From: Clostridiales bacterium
GTDB lineage: Bacteria; Bacillota; Clostridia; Christensenellales; Aristaeellaceae
DNA: 64,000 bases
Direction of reading: 5' to 3'
Assembly: GCA_012837965.1 (NCBI GenBank)
Contig: DUQF01000013.1
Coordinates: forward strand, 17,360-81,359
Under the pieces are notes generated by a model that was not told the DNA's origin, did not search any database, and saw only the letters and a program-made list of their open reading frames with translations. This document shows, in pieces, positions 24,494 through 33,622 of the stretch. Numbering within the stretch: the first letter of the stretch is position 1; every line of letters begins with the position of its first letter. The position numbers and the translations under genes are program-made.

Positions 24494-27400
24494 ATGGCTA
24501 AAAAATTTACCGTAGACGGTAATGGGGCAGCAACGCACGTTGCTTACGCGTTTAGTGACGTATCGGCAATCTATCCCATCACACCGTCTTCCAACATGGC
24601 CCAATACTCTGATGAGTGGGCTGCCCAGGGTCGAAAAAATATTTTCGGCCAGACCGTCAAGGTGCAGGAGATGCAGTCTGAAGCTGGTGCCGCAGGTGCC
24701 GTTCATGGTTCATTAGCGGCTGGCGCACTGACCACTACGTTCACCGCTTCTCAGGGACTTCTGCTCATGATACCTAACATGTACAAAATCGCCGGTGAGC
24801 TTCTCCCTTGCGTTTTCCATGTAAGTGCTCGTACCTTAGCAACCCATGCCTTGTCCATTTTTGGTGATCATAGTGACGTAATGGCTTGCCGTCAGACCGG
24901 TTTTGCTATGCTCGCTTCTTCAAGCGTGCAGGAAGCCCAAGACATTGCTCTGGTAGCTCATCTGGCTTCTATTGAGTCATCTGTTCCTTTCCTACACTTC
25001 TTTGATGGTTTCCGTACCAGCCATGAAGTTCAAAAGATTGATAAGATTGAATATGAAGAGATGGCAAAGTTAACCAACTTCGAAAAAATTGAAGCTTTCC
25101 GTGCCCGCGCCCTTAATCCGGAGAAGCCGCACCAGGCTGGTACTGCACAGAACCCAGACGTTTTCTTCCAAAACCGTGAGGCAGCCAACAAGTATTATGA
25201 CGCTGTTCCCGACATCGTAGAAGAACAGATGAGGAAAGTATCCGAACTAACCGGCCGTAAGATTAATTTGTTTGACTACTATGGCGCCGAAAACGCCGAA
25301 AACGTTATAATCCTGATGGGTTCCGGCGCTCAGGCAGTGTACGAAACTGTTGATGTACTCAACAAAGAAGGCAAGCGTTATGGCTGCGTAAATGTGCACC
25401 TATATCGCCCTTTCAGTGTCGAGAAGTTTGTAGACGTTTTACCTGCTACCGTTAAGACCATCACTGTGCTTGACCGCACCAAGGAATCCGGTTCCATCGG
25501 CGACCCCCTGTACCTTGATGTTTGCACTGCGCTTCGTGAGGGTGGTAAGGGCGATATCCGCGTATTGGCTGGCCGCTATGGACTTGGTTCTAAGGAATTC
25601 AACCCCACTATGGTTAAAGCCGTTTTCGATAACGCCGATAAGGAAGATGCAAAGCATCACTTTACTGTTGGTATTAACGACGACGTGACCCATTCTTCTC
25701 TGGGGCTTGGTGAAACTCTTGATGCCGCTCCTGAAGGAACTGTTAGCTGCTTGTTCTACGGCTTTGGTTCTGACGGTACCGTCGGCGCAAACAAGAATTC
25801 CGTCAAAATCATTGGCGATCATACCGACATGTATGCCCAAGCATACTTTGCCTATGACTCCAAGAAATCAGGTGGTTTGACTGTTTCGCATTTACGTTTT
25901 GGTAAATCCCCTATTCGTTCTACCTACCAGATTGACTCTGCCAACTTCGTCGCTTGCCACAAGCCCTCATATGTCACCGCATATGATATGGTTAAGCCGC
26001 TGAAAAAGAATGGTGTCTTCCTGCTCAATTGCCCCTGGTCTGCCGAAGAGCTTGACTCCCATCTGCCCGCCTCCATGAAGCGTGCCCTTGCTAAAAAGAA
26101 TGCCAAGTTATATACCATTGATGCTACCGATCTGGCCGCACAAGTCGGCATGGGCAACCGTATTAATACCATCATGCAGGCCGCTTTCTTTAAACTGGCG
26201 GATATCATCCCTTATGAAGATGCTGACCGCTACATGAAAGAAGCCGCGCAAAGGAGCTACGGTCGTAGAGGTGATAAAGTTGTTAAGATGAACTGGGATG
26301 CCATTGATATTGCTATCTCGGGTCTCAAAAAGGTAGAAGTGCCCGCTTCCTGGGCGGATGCCACCACCGGTGGAGAGCCCCCACATGTTGAAGCGACGGA
26401 CTACTTCAATTCCACCATCAAACCGGTGCTAAATCAGGCTGGTGACGATCTGCCCGTGTCCGCTTTCTCCCCCGATGGCTTTGTGCCCACTGCCACTACC
26501 CAGTATGAAAAACGTGGTATTGCTGTCAACGTACCTGAATGGCTGATTGACAACTGTATCCAATGTAATCAGTGTGCATTGGTTTGCCCCCATGCGGCTA
26601 TCCGTCCGTTCTTGATTAAGGAAGGCACTGAAAAACCTGCCTCCTTTGAAACCAAGAAAGCCACCGGTAAAGAGTTTGAAGGTTACGAGTTCCGTATCCA
26701 AGTCAGCACCCTTGACTGCGCGGGCTGCGGTAGCTGTGCTCAAGTATGTCCTTCCAAGGTAAAGTCTTTGGTCATGAAGCCTCTGGAAAGTCAGCAAATA
26801 CAGGAAGCCAACTGGGACTTTGCAGCAAAGCTGCCTGAGCTTGACATCCCTGTCAACAAAAATACTGTTAAGGGAAGCCAGTTCTTAAAGCCCCTGTTTG
26901 AGTTTTCTGGAGCCTGCCCGGGCTGCGGCGAAACACCCTATGTTAAACTTGTTACCCAGCTGTTTGGTGATCGCATGATTATTGCCAACGCCACCGGATG
27001 CTCCTCTATCTATGGTGGTTCTTCGCCCACTGTTCCCTACACCGTTAACGATAAGGGCCATGGACCTGCTTGGGCTAACAGCCTGTTTGAAGACAATGCC
27101 GAGTTTGGCTTTGGTATTAGCCTTGCTTTCACCCAGCGTCGTGAACTGATTGCCGAAAAGGTTACCAAGCTCATCGGTCTTGGCTACACGGTAGGCGAAC
27201 TTAAAGAAGCCGGCCAGGAATGGCTAGACAACATGAACGAAGGCGAGGCTTCCAAGGTTGTTTCCGCCAAGTTTGTTAAAAAGCTTGAATGCGGTATCGT
27301 CGAAGGTTGCCCATGTGAAGCTTGCCAGCTTGCCCGTGAAGTTCTCGAACAGAAAGACCTGCTCGTCAAGAAGTCCATCTGGATCTTCGGCGGCGACGGT

Positions 27401-28009
27401 TGGGCCTATGATATCGGTTTTGGCGGCCTTGACCACGTGCTTGCCCAAAATCAAGACGTGAACGTGCTGGTCATGGACACCGAAGTTTATTCCAACACCG
27501 GTGGCCAGGCATCTAAGGCTACCCCTACCGGCGCAGTAGCACAGTTTGCAGCCGCAGGCAAGCGTACCAAGAAAAAAGACCTTGGTGCAATGGCCATGAC
27601 TTATGGCTATGTCTATGTTGCACAGGTTGCTATGAGTGCCAACATGTCGCAGTTGGTAAGGGCAATGAATGAGGCGGAAGCTTACAAGGGTCCCTCACTG
27701 ATTATTGCCTACTCCCCCTGTATTAACCATGGTATCAACATGGCTAAGTCACAGGAGACTACCCGCCGCGCTGTCGCAGCCGGTTACTGGAACCTCTATC
27801 GCTATAACCCTGATAATGTCAAGGAAGGTAAGAACCCCTTCACCCTAGACAGCAAGGACCCGACGGATAGCTATCAAGACTTCATCCGTAGCGAAACCCG
27901 GTACACCAGCTTGCTCAAGTCCTTCCCCGAAGAGGCAGAAGTACTATTTGCTCAAGCAGAGGAAGATGCGCAAGAGCGCCTTAACCGCTACAAGAGTATG
28001 GCCGAGTAA
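24494..28009 (+). CDS. nifJ: Pyruvate:ferredoxin (flavodoxin) oxidoreductase, single-polypeptide PFOR
   Basis: 1171 aa with an N-terminal TVDGNGAATHVAYAFSDVSAIYPITPSS, two ferredoxin motifs (CIQCNQCALVCPH, CAGCGSCAQVCP) and a TPP domain (GGDGWAYDIGFGGLDHV). Confidence 0.95.
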   Translation: MAKKFTVDGNGAATHVAYAFSDVSAIYPITPSSNMAQYSDEWAAQGRKNIFGQTVKVQEMQSEAGAAGAVHGSLAAGALTTTFTASQGLLLMIPNMYKIAGELLPCVFHVSARTLATHALSIFGDHSDVMACRQTGFAMLASSSVQEAQDIALVAHLASIESSVPFLHFFDGFRTSHEVQKIDKIEYEEMAKLTNFEKIEAFRARALNPEKPHQAGTAQNPDVFFQNREAANKYYDAVPDIVEEQMRKVSELTGRKINLFDYYGAENAENVIILMGSGAQAVYETVDVLNKEGKRYGCVNVHLYRPFSVEKFVDVLPATVKTITVLDRTKESGSIGDPLYLDVCTALREGGKGDIRVLAGRYGLGSKEFNPTMVKAVFDNADKEDAKHHFTVGINDDVTHSSLGLGETLDAAPEGTVSCLFYGFGSDGTVGANKNSVKIIGDHTDMYAQAYFAYDSKKSGGLTVSHLRFGKSPIRSTYQIDSANFVACHKPSYVTAYDMVKPLKKNGVFLLNCPWSAEELDSHLPASMKRALAKKNAKLYTIDATDLAAQVGMGNRINTIMQAAFFKLADIIPYEDADRYMKEAAQRSYGRRGDKVVKMNWDAIDIAISGLKKVEVPASWADATTGGEPPHVEATDYFNSTIKPVLNQAGDDLPVSAFSPDGFVPTATTQYEKRGIAVNVPEWLIDNCIQCNQCALVCPHAAIRPFLIKEGTEKPASFETKKATGKEFEGYEFRIQVSTLDCAGCGSCAQVCPSKVKSLVMKPLESQQIQEANWDFAAKLPELDIPVNKNTVKGSQFLKPLFEFSGACPGCGETPYVKLVTQLFGDRMIIANATGCSSIYGGSSPTVPYTVNDKGHGPAWANSLFEDNAEFGFGISLAFTQRRELIAEKVTKLIGLGYTVGELKEAGQEWLDNMNEGEASKVVSAKFVKKLECGIVEGCPCEACQLAREVLEQKDLLVKKSIWIFGGDGWAYDIGFGGLDHVLAQNQDVNVLVMDTEVYSNTGGQASKATPTGAVAQFAAAGKRTKKKDLGAMAMTYGYVYVAQVAMSANMSQLVRAMNEAEAYKGPSLIIAYSPCINHGINMAKSQETTRRAVAAGYWNLYRYNPDNVKEGKNPFTLDSKDPTDSYQDFIRSETRYTSLLKSFPEEAEVLFAQAEEDAQERLNRYKSMAE

Positions 28010-28024
28010 CTTATATAAAGTTGG

Positions 28025-28060
28025 CGGGACTGTCATAAATCGACAGTCCCGTTTTTCTTT
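28025..28060 (+). terminator. Rho-independent terminator of nifJ
   Basis: The stem gggactgtc / gacagtccc has a 7-nt loop and is followed by gtttttctttt. Confidence 0.85.
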
Positions 28061-28112
28061 TGTTATACTATTTAATGATTAGGTATACTAAATTATACCA
28101 AAAGAGGCTTTT

Positions 28113-28504
28113 GTGCAACCAGTATTACTTACATTTAATGTTAGTGAAGCAAAAGCCAATAAGCTTTTGCTTTTGTCTATATACTATAAGGTACGTGTTC
28201 AACCTGTTTTAAAAGAAGAATTCGGTTTTACCATTGCCTCAATTTTAGAGAAAATACAAATGAAGTAGTAATTACTCACAATACCTTTGATGAAGAAATG
28301 CTTGTGTTTGCATATTTCCTTCAAGCGCTGCTACAAAGCTTTCTGAAATCATGGAAAGAAATGGGTATAGAAACCGTTGTTCTAAAGGAAATGCTCACTC
28401 AAAACAACATTAAATGGACTCCCGCCGTCTTATATCATGAACTACTTGAAGAAGTCCGATGGTTCAATGACAATAAAGCACCCAAACAAGAAGAGTCAAA
28501 TTAG
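28113..28504 (+). pseudogene. DUF3783-family small protein gene interrupted by a -1 frameshift in an A run
   Basis: A GTG start (AAAGAGG ribosome-binding site) gives VQPVLLTFNVSEAKANKLLLLSIYYKVRVQPVLKEEFGFTIASILEK, then TAG at 28266. The rest (ENTNEVVITHNTFDEEMLVFAYF ... LKEMLTQNNIKWTPAVLYHELLEE) continues in the -1 frame. Adding one A at 28251-28254 restores a ~130-aa ORF. Confidence 0.6.
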
Positions 28505-29500
28505 TTTAACTTGTCAATCTTTTTAAGCCATTGAATGGTATCCTTAATCGTTTCTTCAAAAGAGCGGTAGGTTTGTCCAAGCATACGCTCTGCTTTTTCG
28601 TCGGAAAAATTGGAGTTACTATTAAGCGTATAGATCGAATATCTTGTAACGACCGGCTTTTTACGTGAAATTTTATCTTTAATAAAATAATATGGTAAGG
28701 CAAAGTAAGCTAAAAAGGTCGGTAAAATCGGCACAGGCTTTTTTCTTTTTCTATCAATGGCCTTATCAATGGCCTCAAAAAATTCCCTAATTGTAACGTA
28801 ACGTCCAGGTATGAGATACTGTCCACGAAATTTTTGATCGGTTGCCAATCGATACAACCCGTCAACCAAATCACGAACATCAACAAAACTATATCCACCC
28901 TGGACGCCAACGGACAACTTACCACTTGCGTATTGGGCTAACATCGCTTCTTGGCTGCTCAACTGATAGCCGCCAGGACCAATAATGCCGCTTGGAAAAA
29001 CCATACAGGCATTTAGTCCCTCATTGACAATAGCGTCAATTACAAGCTTAGAAGCTTCAGCCTTGGTTTTAGCGTATCCCCCTGTAACGAGCTTTGCGGA
29101 AAAACCGGTCTGCTCCTTGATTTGCTCGCCTCTTGGAGCTTCAGGCAGAGCATGTACGGAACTAATATAGATAAGCCGCATATTGTTTGAAACGCAGGCG
29201 TCAACAATATTTTTGGTACCGCCAACATTAATTTTTTTCAACCTGTTTGTCCTTTCTCCAGCGAAGGCTGATGAGCCCGGCACAGTGGATGACCGTCGCA
29301 TCTTCCCATCCATGGAGAAAGAGTTGTATGGATAAAGGATCGGTTATATCGCCTTTTACCGTTTGAACCTCGATTGGTAAATGTTTAAATAGTTGATCAT
29401 CGCTTAGTACCAAGGCTCTAATCTGATATCCCGCTTCAACCAACCTTTGTACAAGCACCATACCAAGATGGCCTGTTGCACCAGTAACTAAAAACCTCAT
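28501..29500 (-). pseudogene. NAD-dependent epimerase/dehydratase (extended SDR, dihydroflavonol-reductase-like) gene split by a +1 frameshift in an A7 run
   Basis: The N-terminal part reads MRFLVTGATGHLG ... VIHCAGLISLRWRKDKQVEKN, then stops. The C-terminal part (INVGGTKNIVDAC ... SSVHAL ... YAKTKAEAS) is in another frame. Removing one base from the T7 run at 29232-29238 gives VEKINVGGT and a ~332-aa ORF. Confidence 0.7.
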
Positions 29501-29609
29501 GATGCCTCCTTGTTGTTTATCCATAGAAAAAGATAGAGTACCTAGAAAAACCATGCTTTGTATTGCTCAAATTATAAATGAACGATTTTTAAGCGTCAAG
29601 AAAAGCTTC

Positions 29610-29643
29610 TGCTAAAACAAAAATGCGCAGCCTAGCCGCGCAT
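29610..29643 (-). terminator. Rho-independent terminator of the sugar ABC operon
   Basis: The minus strand reads ATGCGCGGC-TAG-GCTGCGCAT (9-bp stem) followed by TTTTTGTTTT. Confidence 0.75.
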
Positions 29644-29660
29644 AAATAGTATCAGAAAAT

Positions 29661-31232
29661 TTACCCCTTAACACCGCCTGAGGTAAGACCAGAAACCAAA
29701 TGCTTTTCGATGAGCATAAATAAAACGATTACCGGCAAGGTTGCAAGCAAAGCTGCCGCAAACAAATAGTGCCATTCAATCATATTAAAGGAACTGAATT
29801 GCGTAATGCCGACGGTAATAGGCTTTTTGGTTGGTGTAGCGATCAAAACAGTTGAAATGGTATATTCATTCCACGAGTTGATAAACACGAAAATGAGAGT
29901 TGTAACAATACCAGGCGCTGCCATAGGAAGCAGAATGCGCAGAAGAGCGCCTACAGTTGAAGTACCGTCTATACACGCCGCCTGTTCCATTTCAGAAGAA
30001 ATGGATATAAATGTGCCCCGCAAAAGCCAAATAGCAAACGCTTGGTTGAAGGCGGCGTTAATAAAAATTAAACCAAGAATGGTATTATTTAATTTAAGAG
30101 TAGTCATCAGCTGAGAAATGCCAACTAAAAGAACAACCGGAGCAAACATTTGACTCATGATAACAAACCCAAGGTAAGCCTTTTTGCCCTTAAAATCCAT
30201 TCGAGCCATTGCATAAGCAGCAGGAATCCCACAAAGCATAGCAATTAACGTAGCGCCAGCAGAAAGAACCGCAGAGTTAAGTAAATATTGCGGTACACCG
30301 CGATTAAGAATATCAGTCATGTTGCTCCATATCCATTTTGTTGGGAAAATATACCTAAAGCGCATATCGTTGGCTTCTACCGGAGTACGAAAACCTGTGA
30401 TAAACATAACAAAGTATGGATATAAAATAACAACACAGAGTACAATAACAGCTACATATTTAAAGCCTGTTAATAAGGCAGCCGCTATTTCGCCTTGATA
30501 TAGCTTAATGAGACCTATTAAGTTCAGGAAAAAGATAGCAAAAAGCATCCATAGGAAACCGGTTGCCTGAAAGCTTAGTCCTTTGAAAGCGGAAATCGGG
30601 TCTTGCTCCTGCGTAAAAAGAAAGTCCATGCCTTGTTGAACAACGGGGGCGTCCAAAGCATTGTCATCTAACAAGAAAGGAATATTTCGATTAAATGTGT
30701 AGTTTGCATGCATCGCAAAAACGGGAATAAGCAGTAATGCAATTAAGGACAAAACACACGCAATAAGGAGCCTTCGATCTTTCACATGATATGCATGCTT
30801 ATCTTGAATTTTCTGACCTGATTGATAGCTCAAAACCGCAAACAAGCTTGCAAGCACTATGGAACCAAAGGCAATTAACAAAATGTGACCTGATAACAAG
30901 CCCGACTTCATCCAACTCCATCCGTTACGGGTAAACTTGACACCCACTTCAAAGGCAACCATTGTTGTTGTCTCACCCTTTGAGTTAGTGCGATGGGTTA
31001 CTGTTTCGTTCAGTTTGGCATCTTCACCAAAGGGGAGCATCGCATCTTGTGCTAAAGCCTTAGCTTCGATATATTTTTCACTATCGACAGGAGTATTTGC
31101 ATGCCTTTTAGAATACACTATCTGCCGGAAGGAATAAACTGGCAAGGAAAGTAAAATAATAGACAATAATAGCGAAAGAAAGACGAGCAACAACCAGCGG
31201 TGCTTATTCCTGATTTTTTGTTTCTTAGTCAT
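29661..31232 (-). CDS. Carbohydrate ABC transporter permease (MalG/BPD type) with a ~250-aa N-terminal membrane extension
   Basis: The C-terminal ~275 aa form a typical sugar permease (EAA-like region SSEMEQAACIDGTSTVGALLRILLPMAAPG). The N-terminus adds extra TM helices and a loop. The ATG at 31232 has GGAAGGAGG upstream and an ATGA overlap with the preceding gene. Confidence 0.75.
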   Translation of the reverse strand: MTKKQKIRNKHRWLLLVFLSLLLSIILLSLPVYSFRQIVYSKRHANTPVDSEKYIEAKALAQDAMLPFGEDAKLNETVTHRTNSKGETTTMVAFEVGVKFTRNGWSWMKSGLLSGHILLIAFGSIVLASLFAVLSYQSGQKIQDKHAYHVKDRRLLIACVLSLIALLLIPVFAMHANYTFNRNIPFLLDDNALDAPVVQQGMDFLFTQEQDPISAFKGLSFQATGFLWMLFAIFFLNLIGLIKLYQGEIAAALLTGFKYVAVIVLCVVILYPYFVMFITGFRTPVEANDMRFRYIFPTKWIWSNMTDILNRGVPQYLLNSAVLSAGATLIAMLCGIPAAYAMARMDFKGKKAYLGFVIMSQMFAPVVLLVGISQLMTTLKLNNTILGLIFINAAFNQAFAIWLLRGTFISISSEMEQAACIDGTSTVGALLRILLPMAAPGIVTTLIFVFINSWNEYTISTVLIATPTKKPITVGITQFSSFNMIEWHYLFAAALLATLPVIVLFMLIEKHLVSGLTSGGVKG

Positions 31233-32116
31233 CAGTGTTCCTCCTTCCGCAGGGAGCTTACCATATAAATGCCGGAAACAATACATAGCACGACAAAGCC
31301 TATGACAGACAGCGCCGTAGCTGGACCTTTTTGTCGGTCATAAAAGGCACGCATATAAAGCAATGTGATCATCGTGTCGGTCTTGTTGGCGGGAGCGCCC
31401 TTAGTGATAGTGTAAATAATCGGGAAGGAATTAAAAACATAAATAATATTTAAAATGGTACTGACAGTCAATGATGGCTGGACAAGCGGGAAAGTAACAT
31501 GCCGGAATTTCTGCCAAGCTCCTGCCCCATCCACAGTTGCCGCCTCATAATAGGCGCTATCTATTGATTGTAGACCAGCTAATATACAAAAGGTAACAAA
31601 GGGTATGGTCACAAAAATACCAACCCAACATTCCCACATAAACTCGATTTGATAGGATACACGCCAATTGATGGCATTCTTAATAATACCCAGGTTGAGT
31701 AATACGTTATTTAAGTTACCGTATTCGTACTTAATAATGTAGTTCCAGATAGATGCTTGAATAACCAGAGAGGTCGCCCAAGGGAACACGACGATAGAGC
31801 GTACAATTTTACGCCCAAACAGCTTTTGGTTTAGAAGAACAGCCACGCCAAAACCTATGAGCGTAGAAAAACCAACGACTGAAACAACCCAGATGAAGGT
31901 GTTAATCATCACCTGCTTAAATGCCGGGTCATTGATAGCTTTTTGGAAGTTTCCAAAACCCACAAAATCTCCAACAACGCCTGCCGGAGAAATATGGCTA
32001 AAGGATAGCTTAAAAACAATAGCTATGGGAAATACAATAAAGATGAGCATAAGCAGGATGCTTGGAAGTAGCCATAAATATGGCTCCCACTTATGTCGAA
32101 CAAATACTGAATTCAT
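31232..32116 (-). CDS. Carbohydrate ABC transporter permease (MalF/UgpA type)
   Basis: 294 aa with 6 TM helices and the EAA loop DSAYYEAATVDGAGAWQKFRHVTFPLVQP. Confidence 0.85.
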   Translation of the reverse strand: MNSVFVRHKWEPYLWLLPSILLMLIFIVFPIAIVFKLSFSHISPAGVVGDFVGFGNFQKAINDPAFKQVMINTFIWVVSVVGFSTLIGFGVAVLLNQKLFGRKIVRSIVVFPWATSLVIQASIWNYIIKYEYGNLNNVLLNLGIIKNAINWRVSYQIEFMWECWVGIFVTIPFVTFCILAGLQSIDSAYYEAATVDGAGAWQKFRHVTFPLVQPSLTVSTILNIIYVFNSFPIIYTITKGAPANKTDTMITLLYMRAFYDRQKGPATALSVIGFVVLCIVSGIYMVSSLRKEEH

Positions 32117-32184
32117 GGATGAACCTCCATTTAGAAGACACTACAAGCAAGAAGGGGCTTGGCTGTGCCAAGCCCCTAAGTTGC

Positions 32185-33453
32185 TTATTTGGTAATCTTC
32201 TCCTGTAGTGCATCTAAGCCTGCCTGAATATCACCACCAACCAAGGCTTCCTGCTGAACAGCAATAACACCCTGTTTCACGTCGTTCCATTCGGGTTTGG
32301 CGGTCGGATAGAACCTGGCATTGCCAAGAACAGCTAACCATGCTTCAAAGTCGGGATTGATTTCGACAAGAGCTGCAACAGCGCTGTTAACAGCAGGCAA
32401 GAAATCTTCCATTGATACCCAGCCGACATAGTTTTCTTTCTCATAGAAGAAAGTAAGGAACTTACCAATCGCTTCGTTACGAGCCTTGGTTTGTTCTTCG
32501 TTCAATTCGGTTCTGGGCTTGAAAGCCATGATACGGTCCATAACACCAACACTACCGGAGGTTGCGCCCTCATTATGTGGAATATCGGCTACACCAAAGT
32601 TAATGTCACCACCCTTGTCTTTGATATAGGTTGGCATGTTCTGAGGAGCAATAACCATTGCGGTTTTGCCGGAAGCAAACATATCCTGATTGTCATAGCG
32701 GGTCTGAGTAGCGGGGTTAGGGTTGGTATAACCTTTGTTATATAGGCCAATGGCAAATTCTACAGCTTCCACATTCTCTTTTCTGTTTACATTCCAATTG
32801 CCTTCTTCATCCACAAAACCGCCGTTGTTACCCCATGCATAGTAGGCAAAAGCAGCCTGTCCTTCGTCGGTTGTCAGGTCCATGCCCCAAGGGTAAACTT
32901 CGCCGCCGTAAAAATCAATAATGGCTTGGCAAACATCTTCAAGCTCTGCCCAGGTTTCAGGCGGATTTTCTACACCGGCTTCGGTCAAAAGGTCAATGTT
33001 ATAGTAAAGCGCGCGAGCGGAAGCCAGATCCGGAACGGCCCAGCAGACACCATCAATAACCGATTGCTCAATAAAAGAAGGGAAAAAGTCATCGAAAAGT
33101 TCTTCGGGGCAATAATCGGATACGGGAATGAGAAGGTCTTCGGTTGCATATTGAGCAAAGGTATCAATGTTGAGGATATCGGGAGCCATATTGTTGGAAA
33201 TACGGGTTGATACAACTGTATGCACGTCGTTCCAAGAAATGACTTCCAAGTTCAGTTTGATATCGGGATTGGCTTCTTCAAACTTTTTAACAAAGTTGGA
33301 TCCGTCCATCCCATTACCTAAGAACCAGTTTTGAGTGTTCGGACCATAATCGCAGATGATAACATCCAAGGTAACGGGTTCCGCTGCAGTTGAAACTGAA
33401 ATTACGGACACCATGAGCAGGGCTGCTAGCAACAGAGCAAGCAATCTCTTCAT
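32185..33453 (-). CDS. Extracellular sugar-binding protein of the ABC transporter (family 1 SBP)
   Basis: It has the signal peptide MKRLLALLLAALLMVSVISVSTAA and an SBP_bac_1-like composition, and is the first gene of the operon. I chose start 33453 (GTGAGGTG 7 nt upstream). Confidence 0.8.
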   Translation of the reverse strand: MKRLLALLLAALLMVSVISVSTAAEPVTLDVIICDYGPNTQNWFLGNGMDGSNFVKKFEEANPDIKLNLEVISWNDVHTVVSTRISNNMAPDILNIDTFAQYATEDLLIPVSDYCPEELFDDFFPSFIEQSVIDGVCWAVPDLASARALYYNIDLLTEAGVENPPETWAELEDVCQAIIDFYGGEVYPWGMDLTTDEGQAAFAYYAWGNNGGFVDEEGNWNVNRKENVEAVEFAIGLYNKGYTNPNPATQTRYDNQDMFASGKTAMVIAPQNMPTYIKDKGGDINFGVADIPHNEGATSGSVGVMDRIMAFKPRTELNEEQTKARNEAIGKFLTFFYEKENYVGWVSMEDFLPAVNSAVAALVEINPDFEAWLAVLGNARFYPTAKPEWNDVKQGVIAVQQEALVGGDIQAGLDALQEKITK

Positions 33454-33508
33454 AAGGATACACCTCACTTTATTTATTTGCCGTTTATACTCGGCATTGT
33501 TCAGTTTG

Positions 33509-33538
33509 ATTGTAGGACAAAGTAGTGGTTCATGTCAA
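33509..33538 (-). promoter_or_regulatory. Candidate SigA-type promoter of the sugar ABC operon
   Basis: The minus strand reads TTGACA (33533-33538), an 18-nt spacer, then TACAAT (33509-33514). Confidence 0.5.
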
Positions 33539-33622
33539 GCTTTTGCTGCTTTTGGTACTTCAATCTCTTGACAATACAAAAAACGAAACTGTATTTAAAT
33601 TGAAATGTTTATAAGGCTCAGT

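Noticed and set aside
25439-26797. Antisense ORFs of 92-133 aa inside the PFOR gene (25439-25840, 25924-26208, 26108-26386, 26429-26797).
   Set aside because: They lie wholly within a 1171-aa ORF with unambiguous PFOR motifs on the opposite strand, and show no start-site signals.
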